Shown piece by piece: positions 1-12,900 of a DNA stretch of 64,000 bases; the stretch's first letter is position 1, and each line of letters opens with the position of its first letter. The notes under the pieces were generated by a model. The model did not search any database, was not told where the DNA came from, and saw only the letters and a list, made by a program, of their open reading frames with translations. Position numbers and translations under genes: made by a program. Source of the stretch: Eledone cirrhosa. Taxonomy: Eukaryota. Location: assembly GCA_964016885.1 (NCBI GenBank), contig OZ024746.1:65472001-65536000 (forward strand), written 5' to 3'.

Positions 1-234
1 CCGCCTTGAAATCCTTCTCTGCTCTTTACTTCTGCTACGGTTTTTTTTATTTGCTGAATCCACGTTCTGTACTCTGTTTTTTCTCCCTTATCTCCCCATA
101 TATTTCACCTTTTCATATGTCCCGCCCCCATATATTCTTTTTACCTTACCCTTCACATACCAATATGTATGTGTATGTATGTGTATGTGTATATATATAT
201 ATAACTCACCCACACACACACCCCAAAACAATTT

Positions 235-879
235 TTTTTATCCACACGCCACCCACACCCACAACACGCTTAAACCACACACACGTGCTTCCCACCACAT
301 ATTTACACCCTCAGCCCCCTGATTCCTCTCCCCCCCCCCTATCCACACACGCACAGACCCTCCGACCCCCCCCCCCCCACACACACCTTCCTGAACATGC
401 AACCCCGTTCTTCCCCCAACCCTCACTTTCACATACACACACACACACACACACGCACACCTAACCACACACACCACCTTTAGCCCTCCCCGCTCGGACA
501 CCCCGTCTCCCTCTCCCCACTCCACCCGCCACCACCTCTACTCACCCCACACCCTTCCACCACCTGTTTACCCCCCTTTTAATTTCAGTTTACTTTGATC
601 ATGCCTTTATTTTTAAATTTTCTCATTCCTTGTATTTTGATCATGCTTTATTTTTATTTATTATTTATTATATTTTGTCTTTATTTGTTAATTTTTCATT
701 CGCACCGTTTCCTTTCGCTATATGTCTCTCCACCACTCCCCTACATACCTTTTGAACTCTCACCTGAAGAAGGGCTTATGCCCGAATCGTCGTCCCCCAC
801 CTACCCCCCACTCTCCTGAGCGTGAATTTAATAAACATTTATCGTACTGCCTCTCTGTTCTGTCCCTGTTCAATTTTTC

Positions 880-880
<1 letters not shown>
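235..880 (+). mobile_element. 3' portion / pseudo-LTR of a Penelope-like element, ending at (TA)n
   Basis: Homologous to the reverse complement of ~20520-21130, which is contiguous with PLE RT motifs. Contains the HHR-like CTGAAGA-A-GGGC-TTAT-GCCC-GAAT-CGTC at 764-791. Confidence 0.75.
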
Positions 881-952
<72 letters not shown>

Positions 953-984
953 ATATATATGTATATGTAGATAGACCAGGCTTT

Positions 985-1045
985 TTTCATTCTGAGGATT
1001 GAAGGCAAAATTGTTTTGCTTTTAAGAAACCACTGGTGAATGGAA
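985..1045 (+). ncRNA. Type I hammerhead ribozyme, copy 1 (cleavage triplet GUG, probably inactive)
   Basis: Stem I TTTCATT(985-991)/AATGGAA(1039-1045); core CTGAGGA 992-998; 12-bp stem II TTGAAGGCAAAA/TTTTGCTTTTAA; GAAA 1026-1029; stem III ACC/GGT with ACT loop. Confidence 0.75.
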
Positions 1046-1754
1046 TAATTGCCTTATGTTGCTTATTACATTACTACTATATATATGTATATGTAAGGTT
1101 CATATGAATTATCTAAGATTGAGTTTTACACACACATATATATATGTATGTATATATATGTATATATGTATGTGTGTGTGTGTGTTTGTATTTGGTTGTG
1201 CGTGTTTATGATATGTACGTATTTGTATTTGTATAGCTATGTATGTATGTGTGTGTGTGTATGTATACATATATATGTGTGTGTGTATGTGTGTGTGTGT
1301 GTGGGTTTATATATATATGTGTATGTGTATATGTGTGTGTATAAATGTATACGTGTGTGTATGCGTGTTTGTGTATGTATTTGTGTATGTGTATGTATGT
1401 GTTTATGTATTTGTATATGTATATTTATGTGTGAGAGTGTGTGCATGTATTTACTTTTTCGTACGTATGTCTACGTGCATTTGTGTGTATTGCTTACCAC
1501 GCGTGTCTGTTCATCTACCCGTCGTTTGTATTGCTGTCAACTGAATAATAATCTTTATTATTATTTTATTTTTTTATTTTATATATATTTTTTCTCATAT
1601 TTATTTGCGTGTGTGAATATGTAGAGGAGTGTATATTTTTCTAATTTTGTACATGTATATGTACGCATTTATGTACGTGTGTATATAGGTATGATTGTGT
1701 GCATGTATGTATGTATATGTATGTGTGTATGGCTATGTATGTGTATGTGTATGC

Positions 1755-1902
<148 letters not shown>

Positions 1903-2236
1903 GTGTGTATATATATGTGTGTGTGGTTGTATATATGTATGTGTATGTATGGATGTGTTGATATTTATGTGCGTATGTATGTGTATATGTATGTGTATGT
2001 GTGTATTTATATACACATATATATGTGTATATGTGTGTGTGTATGTATGAGTGTATGTATATATATATGTGTGTGTGTGTATGTATGCTTTTGTGTGTGT
2101 TTGTCTGTGTTTGCGTGTGTGTTTGCATGTGTGGTTTTTTTTAATTTTTCCTTTCATTTTTCTTTCTCCAGCCTCACTTTCATATAGATTGCATTTTTGT
2201 TTTTAAAATCCAAATTCAATAAACCGACCAGGATTT

Positions 2237-2296
2237 TTTAATTCTGAGGATTGAAAGCAACATTTTTCGCTTTTAAGAAACCACTGGTAAATGGAA
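2237..2296 (+). ncRNA. Type I hammerhead ribozyme, copy 2 (cleavage triplet GUA)
   Basis: CTGAGGA 2244-2250; stem II TTGAAAGC/GCTTTTAA; GAAA 2277-2280; stem III ACC/GGT; GTA 2287-2289; stem I has one mismatch. Lies in a ~105-bp direct repeat (974-1079 vs 2226-2328). Confidence 0.75.
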
Positions 2297-2501
2297 TAAT
2301 TGCCTTATGTTGTTTATTACATAACTATATATATGTATATATATATGCTTAAATGCGATCTCACATGCCCCAACGTACCCACTCATACATATATGTATAT
2401 ATATATTTATTTATTAGTGATATACATTTATCCTTATCGAGACCTCTTTGGATTTTAGTCTTCACATTTATTATTATTAATATATATATATATATATATT
2501 A

Positions 2502-2585
<84 letters not shown>

Positions 2586-2641
2586 TATATACATATATAT
2601 GAGTGTGTATGTATGTATATATATATATAATATACATAAAT

Positions 2642-2673
<32 letters not shown>

Positions 2674-3105
2674 GTGCGTGGGATGGGTTGAGGTGATATG
2701 TCTGTGGGAAGTTTGGAGCAAGAGAGATCGCAAAATATATAATAAAAAATAATACATTAACAGAGGAGATTTTGGGTAGGATCTCTACTTGAACGTATAA
2801 AAGAACAATTTTATATATGTAATATTTCATTATTGTAGCTTTCTAAGCATCAATTAGGAAAAAAGATTGAATGTGTGGTAAGGTATAGTTAATACATATC
2901 TATTGAAAGAATAACTTCCGGCCAACTTCAGATCTAGGCATTATAATAAAATGCGGTGAGCAAAATATCGACAATTCTGTATCTTTGTGGGCGTTATGTA
3001 GTTTAACGAGAAGACGTAGCAGAAACAGTGTATGGGGAATTTCCACTTGAACGTTCGGCAATTAATACACTTCCAATCGTATCTTTGGCTGTTTCAGTAA
3101 TATGT

Positions 3106-3334
3106 TTAACCCTTTAGCATTTAAACCGGCCATATCCAGCTAGAATTCTCTCACATATTTCTTTTCAAAATGGCTGTAACCGGCTGCTCATACTGATGTT
3201 AAAGTATTTTTCTCAAAATAAATAATATCAAAATCTCATAGATTCGATATTTTGGGAGATATTTATGCGAGGTAAAACCTTTACCATGATAATATAATAG
3301 TAAATATAGAGTAATAAAAATGCTGATGTGTTAA
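3106..3334. mobile_element. piggyBac-like MITE with TTAA ends
   Basis: Left end TTAACCCTTTAGCATTT; right end AAATGCTGATGTGTTAA matches its reverse complement at 14/17. Confidence 0.55.
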
Positions 3335-3816
3335 ATAAGTATTGTAGTAAATTCAATTCAAACTGTAGACACTTAATTAGGGACATTAATTTCGGTACTT
3401 AGTTGGGGTATTGAATATTGTTTCTTTCATATATACCTTTTATATATTCTTGATTTTCATTACAAATGACGGCGAAAGGAATTTCAACGATCGGAGCTCT
3501 TGCGCTTTACAGCATTGAATACGCCACGAACTATTTTTTTCTTTTCGTGTATCACACGCAAAACATAAATTTGCTTATCCTTCCTTTGATAAGTATGTAG
3601 TAATTTGGTTTATCAATGAGAAAAAATATTAGCAGTTGCAGAAAAAAAAAGAAAATGCTTAGCTAGCTATACAAAATCGATTTGCTTTATGATAAATCAA
3701 TGGAATAAAAATAAATCTGTGATAGTAAGTGGTTGGCAAGGAATGTATTATATTATCAGGAGTGCTACAACTTGAAAGCCACCAATATTACTTTTGCTCT
3801 ACATTGCAATTTACCG

Positions 3817-3878
<62 letters not shown>

Positions 3879-3896
3879 TCGGACTATATATATATA

Positions 3897-3939
<43 letters not shown>

Positions 3940-4267
3940 TAGTCCGAATACAGGGAACAATTTTTCAGTATCTAAGACGGAAAAGCAATTACATCAAGAA
4001 CGGTACAGAACCTCCTTTATCTTTACTTCTAACATGGGGATTGTATCTTAAAATGACATATTAAGATACGCAATACAAAAGTATTTGTCTGTCACTTGAT
4101 TGAGCTAAATGAAGCACATTCACGAATTCTGAGAGCAGGGGATCCATATAACAAGCTATTACATGCTAAGTACTGATTACACGTATTCAGACTCAGACAC
4201 ATACATCCTTACACATAGAAACGCATATAAAGTTCATATATATATATATATACATATATATATAGAC

Positions 4268-4344
<77 letters not shown>

Positions 4345-4348
<4 letters not shown>

Positions 4349-4428
4349 GGAAAATTTGAACAGGAACAAAACAGAGAGGCAGTACAACGAATGTTTATTA
4401 ATTTCACGCTCTTGGGAGTGGGGTGGTG

Positions 4429-4430
<2 letters not shown>
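4345..4430 (-). mobile_element. Short 3'-terminal fragment of the same PLE family as 235-880 and 20520-22670
   Basis: gaacaggaacaaaacagagaggcagtacaacgaatgtttattaatttcacgctc matches 20533-20590; embedded in (TA)n. Confidence 0.7.
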
Positions 4431-4464
<34 letters not shown>

Positions 4465-4484
4465 ATATATTATAGTTTATATAT

Positions 4485-4552
<68 letters not shown>

Positions 4553-4704
4553 ATATATATATATGTATGTATTTATATATATATATATATATTATATTAT
4601 ATATTATATTTTATATATTAAATATATATTATATATTATATATATATATTATATATGTATATTATATATATATATATATATGCGTGTGTGTGTGTATATA
4701 TATA

Positions 4705-4904
4705 TAGGAAAATGTATGACCCCGACGGCAAAGCTCAAGCCGTTTCTACTTCTATTTCCAGTCCAGAAATAGCCATTGAAACGTCTAAACGGCTTGAGCT
4801 CTGCCGTCGGGGCCATACATTTTCCTATCACCCACTCTACTACCCTAAGTATTGAGTACTATGGTGCGTTATGGTCCATCGGATTCCTCACCACAACTCC
4901 TTCG

Positions 4905-4906
<2 letters not shown>
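4705..4906 (+). mobile_element. Small fold-back element in (TA)n, probable PLE pseudo-LTR derivative
   Basis: Inverted arms ggaaaatgtatgaccccgacggcaaagctcaagccgttt / aaacggcttgagctctgccgtcggggccatacattttcc, then a tail with actctactaccctaagtattgagta; homologous to 7021-7210 in the opposite orientation. Confidence 0.65.
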
Positions 4907-4943
<37 letters not shown>

Positions 4944-5287
4944 TTAATATGACATTGTCAGTCATGTACATGAAGAACATTGCTTAACCCATCTACGCAT
5001 AAATATGATGCATTATCAAATTTTATTATTTTCGAATTATTTTCGACATCTAATGTCCCGCCAACTGGACATATTGGTAGTCAAATACTGGAAATATATT
5101 CAACGGCTACTTGTCACCATATATTTGTGGGTGAATGTGCACATATGGTTTATGGCTTTATGTTCAGATATCTATAGTGTATGTACACGTGTATGTTAAT
5201 ACATACTTTCATAACATATATATTTATAAATATATATGTTATATATATATACATATATATTATACATATTTTACAATTATATATATA

Positions 5288-5333
<46 letters not shown>

Positions 5334-5438
5334 GGAGAGATAGAGAGAGAAAGAAAGAGATAAGGAAAAAGAGAAAAAGAGAGAAAAAAATGAGAGAGGG
5401 AATGAAAGAAGAGAGAAGGAGGGATAGATAGATATATA

Positions 5439-6807
5439 ATTTTCTTTATTAGCCACAAGGGCACAAAAGAAGGGGACAAATACAAATGGGGAGTTTACAT
5501 ACAGGTATATGAAAATACAAATATTAATAAAATAACAATTGAAATTCCCAATAGGGGGGAGGCGTTACACAGGGGTTGTACACACCCCGAAAAAATGTAC
5601 AACCCTCATCTCCAGGAGCACCAAGTGTGAGTACGCCCTTCCTCTCTTCCTATTTTTCCTCAACCCACAGGCTTATATAGAGAGAAGGCCCAACCACTCG
5701 GGCCATCTTTGTCACATTCACCACCCACCTTTTATAAAATTTGCTGGGCTACAGCACTTCTCTCTCCATCCTGATTCTTCTTCCAAAATGATATTTGAAA
5801 AAACGAATCAGTTGCTCGCCGGAGAGAAAGGTGTCTGACCTCAGCCCTTTTAACCTCGTCCACCATATAACCTCTTTCACCATAGCCATAACACATAGGA
5901 AAACCGCCTCTCCCTCGTTTTTGAAGGAGGGTGGCGGTTTGATCATGACAATGGACTCGGTGGTCAATTGGATTGGTCCCACCCGCGACAATAGTCGTTC
6001 TACATAGCCCCACAGGTCGGTTACCCCCGGGCAGTGTACAAATGCGTGCGCGACGGTTTCCTCGTCGCGCACGCATTTCGGACAGATCTTTTTCGAAGGG
6101 TTCCTGCCCGGGCCCCCGTGTCTGTAGATGTTGTTTTCGTTTTTTCTGTTGTTGGTGTTGTTGTTGTTGTTGTTGTTGTTGGTTGTGGTTTTGTTGTCGC
6201 TGTTGTTCTTCTTGTTCTCGTTGTCACTGTTGTTGTTGATGGCGTTGTTTTGGTTTGTGCCATTCACAGTTTTCATGTTGGTGGTGCTGGTGTTGTTGTC
6301 AGGGTGTGTTTTAAACATATCGAAGTGTTTCAATGAGGCGGTGCGAGCTGCCTGTTGGCTTGACACTTTTACCGTCCCTCCACCACCTCTGTCTAATTGT
6401 TGGCTGACAGTTTTGATGTTGTTGTTGTTTTTGTTGCTGTTGTTGTTACTGTTGTTGTTGTTGGTGATAGCAGCTGGCAGGCAGCCTTCACCTGTCACTA
6501 GTACTGTGGAAGGTGAGATTATCAGCCCATCCCCACAATTCTCTGATATGTTTTTCGTGAAGATGAGGTCAAAGAATTTGCCATTTTGGCTATATTCAAA
6601 ATTCCGGTAGAAATTTTGTGGGATTTCTCCGTTTTTCGCCCTGATGGGCTTATTATTTGGGGTTGCTACCACCTACGAAGTGTAGGGTGGCAGCTTATCT
6701 ACAAAATGGTGTAAGAATGTAGATTCAGTTCATGCAATTTCCAATGAAATTAAAACATTTACTCACCAGCGCCTTTTCCACGTGTTAGATAGAATCCGAG
6801 ATAGATA
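5439..6807 (-). mobile_element. Internally deleted L1/Tx1-like non-LTR element with candidate 20-bp TSD
   Basis: Frame 5749-6672 ends in a zf-RVT-like CCHC motif (CPKC...ETVAHAFVHC) and an ORF2-like C-terminus. The 3' UTR has AATAAA. The direct repeat gagggatagatagatatata occurs at 5419-5438 and 6808-6827. Confidence 0.7.
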
Positions 6808-6957
6808 GAGGGATAGATAGATATATAGATAGATAGATAGAGAGAGAGATAGATAGATAGATAGATAGATAAATATATACTCAAATTTAGTGGTTCACCA
6901 CTGGACAGAACTGGTCATTCCGTATAGTCAACCAGTCCGGCCTCCTGTCATTTTACT

Positions 6958-7322
<365 letters not shown>

Positions 7323-7390
7323 CACGTGTTATCCGATATATATATATATATATGTAAGAATATTTTCGAAACACCGAGTGGATTTGAAAT

Positions 7391-7517
7391 TATTAGAAAT
7401 GTTAGCTATCGCCGTATTTTGACTAAAGAAATTAAAGACATTATTTAGCCTGATAGTGGGGTTAAGAACCCTCGGAGAAATGGAAAAAGATGAGTATAAA
7501 TACGGCGATAGCTAACA

Positions 7518-7526
<9 letters not shown>
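7391..7526. repeat. 29-bp perfect inverted repeat with 78-bp spacer, between (TA)n tracts
   Basis: tattagaaatgttagctatcgccgtattt (7391-7419) and its exact reverse complement (7498-7526). Confidence 0.9.
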
Positions 7527-7580
<54 letters not shown>

Positions 7581-7581
<1 letters not shown>

Positions 7582-8537
7582 CAGGATATCTCTCTGTCTG
7601 TCTGTGGAAATCCCAAAGACTCGAGAAGTACCCGACCGATTATTTTCAAGCTTTACACATGCGTTACTTATATTTCTTGAAGTGCAATTTTAACTTTTCC
7701 TGCCCTAGACGAAAAACCGCATTTTAAAGGCATTTTTAGGTATTTTGAGACTAACTTAAAGATAATCCAGCTGATTTCCTCTAAATTTGCAGCACACATT
7801 AGTTAATCCCCTCGTATTGCTGTCGACAAAAGAAATTCCGATTCCATTAATGGTTTATAGGAAATTTACCAATTAACATTGGTCATTACAGGCCATTTTC
7901 ATTTTCAATATAAACGCTACTTAAACATCGTAAGTATCGTATAATATTTCGTTAAAAATTTGGTTTATTTAACAGAGGACACAATACTTACTTACTTTGA
8001 AGCAGGACCATTTTCGGGGGATTGAGGAAATGAGGGGGACCTTAAAATTTTTGTCGGCGCCCTGTTGACGCTTCGTGCTTTCATCACGCGCAAATCCGGG
8101 CCCTGTGTACGTTGCCGTGTTATTGACACCGTAAAACTCATATCTGTGCTGCTTCTACTAAGATCCCTTTTGTTGCACCTACACTGCAGTATGAACGCCC
8201 TGCGTAAGTACGCCGAACAACGGTTGTGCTAATTCCGCGGTGACCTCTTTTGTCGTACCTTTGTTGCTGTGTAAATGCAGTGCCACTAGTGCCGCCCAGC
8301 GTTTGTGCTAATTGTACTATGGCCCCCTTCTGACGCTGATTTCGTCATCTCAATATCCCTACTTAAACGTGCATCCCTACTTGGTTTTTACACAGTTGAC
8401 TACGTCGTTCTTCAATCATTCCTTAAGAATAAGGGAATTCAAAATGTACACAGCTACATTCCTTAATCTTTGCACACACGTGTTGCTATTTCACGTTTCC
8501 TACCCCGTGCAATGCCGGGTCCTGATATATATATAGT
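7581..8537 (+). mobile_element. Non-autonomous Helitron-like element
   Basis: The 5' region has the (TCTG)n and 'gaccgatt...ttcaa' pattern seen in non-autonomous Helitrons. A GC-rich subterminal hairpin cccgtgcaatgccggg (8504-8519) is followed ~14 bp later by TAGT (degenerate CTAG). Confidence 0.55.
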
Positions 8538-8764
8538 ATATATATGTATATGCAGTACAATGGATAGTGAATCATTGATATAAGCAGAAGCTTGGATTTT
8601 TCTATACGCATTTTTGTTCTTCACAAGCCATACCAGTTTCAATTCGGATAATTCGGATGACAGAATTCTCGGGAATGAATTAATTGATATCTATACCATC
8701 TATTTCTGTAACTAAATTTGTAGAGCAGTTTGAAGTTTCGAATAATGCCGTGACTGAAATAGTT

Positions 8765-9030
8765 ATGCATAGTAGGAAATGGTTACATGATATGCTTTGT
8801 AATCACTAGGTCTTTGGTTCAATACCACTGTGTTTCATTTGGGCCGTGTCGTTTACTATACACTCGGATCAAACTAATTCATCTGCGTCAAAGTAGGTAG
8901 ACGGAAGTTCTTCAGATTGATTGTACCTGTAATTTCAAAGTCTAGTCTGGCCACATACAGGTGATTCTACCTGAAGATGAAGTGTCCTTGGAATACTCAA
9001 GCAGTTACATGCTACTTCCAAGGACAGGTA
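8765..9030 (+). mobile_element. Old tRNA-derived SINE, second family (probably CORE-type)
   Basis: B-box-like ggttcaatacc, then ttgggccgtgtcgtttactata...gtagacggaag; related decayed copy at ~16815-17100. Confidence 0.45.
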
Positions 9031-9858
9031 CATAGATTCCACATTGGGATTATGTAAACTGCGAACATATCCAGAAATTAGACACAAGATGGAAATTTCA
9101 TAGCTGTCATTATAGAAGTAGCCTCCAAATTTGTAGTTTCTGAATTGCGTTTCGGTGAGCTACCTCTGATCAGGTTCAAGCGTTTCTATTGCTACATATA
9201 TACCTATTTCAAAGAGATGTTTGTGATGTAGAAACATCAATTCTAAAATAAGATATTAACTATTTCAACTATAAAAAAAAGTCATAAATCAATATCTCAT
9301 CTCAGAAGTATGAATATGTAAATGTTAGAGGCTTGATTCATTTCAAACTCATCAAAGATAGAAAAGAACTCTAAATATAACATTATTTCTATCATTGGAC
9401 GAATTTTGATGTGTATATTTTGATTGAATAAAATGAAATGGCGGCTGTGCAATATGGAATGCTAATACAAAATATACAATTATACAGCCGTCATGATAGT
9501 AACGTAATATATTAAGTGGAGAAATTAACTGCAAAATATATACTTTAAATCTATTTAGAAATATCATGAAAATCAATTTAAATGCACGTTAGAGGATTAT
9601 ATATATACTAGAACTTGTTATGCATACGCGTCAGCGTATGTGTGTGCGCGTGTGTGTGCGTGTGTGTGTGCATGTGTGTATATGCATACAGTTATATGTA
9701 TGAATATATAAATATAAACGGGCAAACACAGACACGCTTACAAAAATACATACCCATAGACATACATCCACGCAGGCAACAGACGTAAAGACAAAGGAGT
9801 AGTATGAGGTAGTGAAACTACTCCTCTTTCTTTACGTGTTTTTGACAGAATCGCAGAA

Positions 9859-9894
<36 letters not shown>

Positions 9895-9960
9895 ATTTAG
9901 AGTTTTCACTCATGAGTCAAATACAATTATTAAGCTCTAAGAAATACTTCTGAGCATTAC

Positions 9961-10291
9961 AGTACAATTCAATATAAAATTATGATCAACACTAATGTGT
10001 TGTTTTTTTTTGCAAATTAATTATTTCATTAGTATACCATCCTTTGTGAAACAGGTTTATTTTTTGAAGTTCGGACTGATCTGCTGAAAAGGTTTGAATT
10101 TTGAAATTTAAACTTGTCTAGGCACCAGGGCAGTTGCCATTTTACGTCTGTAAGTATAAATTTATTATTTTTTAGATCGATACAGGCGGACTTTATGTAC
10201 TTGAATTAAGGTATTTCTATCTGGCTAATTTATTGTCAATTTGCAAAAAAAACACATTAGTGTTGATCATAATTTTATATTGAATTGTACT
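9961..10291. repeat. ~55-bp inverted repeat with ~220-bp spacer
   Basis: agtacaattcaatataaaattatgatcaacactaatgtgtt...tgcaaatt (9961-10018) vs reverse complement at 10238-10291; abuts (TA)n. Confidence 0.85.
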
Positions 10292-10499
10292 ATATATATA
10301 TATATGTGTGGGTATGTATATATATATACCCTGATGGTATCCAATGATGTTGACTTGTTCTTCTTTTTGGTAAATATCATCTTGGTTAAGAGAGTGGGAC
10401 TGGCTTTGTGCAGTGCCTTTGCTCACTATAAAAGCTTCACGGCACAGGTATTGTTTTATATCTGGAGATCTCTCTGCACTTGTCGTCACATGGTACCAT

Positions 10500-10662
10500 G
10501 GACCCAGCACTATGTGTCAATAATTGTCACAAGTGTAGTGTCTGTACCAGAGTTATCAAGTCGCTGGCTGGACTAAAAAGTCACACTCGTTCAGCGCATC
10601 GGTAGGGGTTCTCCTACATGGATATAAAGTAGTGGCCGTACTTGAAAACGAGTTGGCAGCCA

Positions 10663-10665
<3 letters not shown>
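10500..10665 (+). mobile_element. 3' end of an RTE-like LINE with C-terminal C2H2 finger
   Basis: Translates to [26 protein letters not shown], followed by a short 3' UTR stem-loop and (TA)n. Confidence 0.55.
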
Positions 10666-10729
<64 letters not shown>

Positions 10730-10746
10730 CACACACACACACACAC

Positions 10747-10798
<52 letters not shown>

Positions 10799-10813
10799 GT
10801 GTGTGTGTATGTA

Positions 10814-10857
<44 letters not shown>

Positions 10858-11179
10858 TGTATGTATGTATCTATATATATTATATATATGTATCTATTTA
10901 TGTATATATATATATATATTATATAATAATAGTGAGTATAACCGAAGTCACACGTGTGTGTGTGAGTGTATGTATGCATATATATACAAAATATTTCACA
11001 CACTCACGCACACCTCACACACAGGCGCGCGCGCGCACACACACTCACACACACCACACATATATGTTTGTATGTGTGTGTATGTATATATATATATATA
11101 TGTGTGTGTGTGTCAAGTATTTCCGTAGAAAAAGTAAAGGAAAGAAGAGTGCTCTATATATTGTACAGAGCTATTTAAT

Positions 11180-11218
<39 letters not shown>

Positions 11219-11312
11219 TTGTTGCAGACTATACATTTTCTATCAGTGCAAGGTTTTTTCTCAAAATGGAATGTTCTCTTAATTAGGGTTTTTTTCTACT
11301 ATCTTAATATTC

Positions 11313-11562
11313 ACAGAGGAGACTGAGGTTAGCTGGACATACTCACCGACATCCAGAGTTGACATTGCACTCAGTACTCCTTTGGGAGCCCCTACATGGA
11401 CACACTAGAAGAGGAAGACCAAGGTTAACGTATGTTGATGTCCTAAGGTCAGACACTGGTCTGTTGGAGACGCAGGACATGGCAGCGATAATGAGGGACA
11501 GAGACCGCTGGAGAGAACTCGTCCATGGATCTCGGGAATTTTATCCGCCTTAGATAGATAGA
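11313..11562 (+). mobile_element. 5'-truncated RTE-clade LINE 3' end
   Basis: RRLRLAGH...LLWEPLHGHTRRGRPRLTYVD...DRDRWRELV; (TAGA)n tail; close match to 22926-23180 and 47700-47960. Confidence 0.85.
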
Positions 11563-11564
11563 TA

Positions 11565-12165
11565 ATATTCAAATTTAGTTTATCTAGGGCCCTTCTAAAT
11601 CTATATGCTAGTTTGCATCTGGGGCTTGTATTGACAAACGTTACACTATGGTATATATTGCTGTCATACCATGAGTTGATCTTATTAGTATTATTAGTTC
11701 TCTTTAACATATTTCAAACTAAGCTCCCAAACATGGGGAAAGTCCCATGTGCATAATTTTCTGCAATATTCATCCATTTAACCCTGGATACTTTAGACAT
11801 CCTGATCCTGTCTCTGTGATTGTAGCCAGAGAACTGTATATGATGATGAAGTGGTGTATGTGTTTCTCTAATCCATTAGGATCGCACATATGGGACACAG
11901 TTTTCATCCCCTTTACTATGTCCGCAAGTAGTAGCTTGACTTTAATATTATCCGAAATAGCTGAGGTTCAGTGTATCAGGTAATTGGGGGCTATGGGTTT
12001 AGCATAATGGATTCTAACCAGAGATATGTGTCTAATACAGGTAAGCTATGGTTGCGGTGTTTGGTTGGTTAGTTTCAGGATAACGTTAATGCAATCTTCT
12101 TTGTTGATGGCCGTTAGAATGTTTCTAGTTCACCAAACACCTTGAAAAATGAAGGGAATTGTAAA
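11565..12165 (-). mobile_element. Decayed Penelope-like element fragment (RT C-terminus and linker)
   Basis: Minus strand translates to SLPVLDTYLWLE..YAKPIAPNYLIH*TSAISDNIKVKLLLADIV and WYDSNIYHSVTFVNTSPRCKLAYRFRRAL, resembling PLE LPFLD/YRKP/HP and FVP-TP motifs. Confidence 0.55.
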
Positions 12166-12714
12166 TCATTCACCTGCTCTTTTGTCCGTTATTCTAAATT
12201 TTGTAAGGATACGATCTGCCATCGTCTCTACTCGCTTGTTACTTTAGTAATATGTATATGAAATTATGTGTAATTATGCGTTAACCAGGTTGTGCATTGA
12301 TTGTGTAGTATGCAGATATCATTCTGTAGCTCTAGTACTATAAAGACTCCTGAATATCATTAATAATTTGTTTGGTTGCATCTAAATAAATTGTAAAAAT
12401 GACAGTTCTGAAAGCTGTGGTTATGTAAGAAAAAAAATAGAACACTGTAGAACTCATGAAATTTTTATATACACATTTAAGTAACCATACGATTCTCCAC
12501 CAGGCACAGAGATGTTCTAACTACAGGATTACACAATAAGTAACGTCTTTATGAATGGATGAAAAAGTTACTTATTGAGTAATCCCATAAGTATAGAACA
12601 TCTCTCGGGCTGATTGAGAATCGTGAAGTTACTTAATTTTATATATTACAATTTCATGCTATTACATGAAGTGAAAAACTCTAAATAGATTATATTATAA
12701 TTATAAAATAATTA

Positions 12715-12900
12715 GGCAGTGGATTGGCAGTATCGGTAGAGAGTCGGACGCCATGCTTTCCAGCATAGTTACGTCCCTTTACGGTCTGAGTTCAAATCCC
12801 GCCTAGGTTAACTTTGCCTTTCATCCTTACAGGGTCGATAAAATAAAGTACCAACAATGTACTGTGTAATTGCTGGCCTTGTGCTAAAAGTAGAAACAAT
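12715..12900 (+). mobile_element. tRNA-derived SINE (Nin/Deu-domain-like), short form
   Basis: A-box-like TGGCAGTATCGG, B-box GAGTTCAAATCC, core tttgcctttcatccttac.gggtcgataaaataaagtacca, tail gccttgtgc.aaaagtagaaacaat. Confidence 0.85.

Noticed and set aside
12715-12805. tRNA genes at SINE heads
   Set aside because: A and B boxes are present, but spacing is long, there is no cloverleaf, and each continues into the SINE body.
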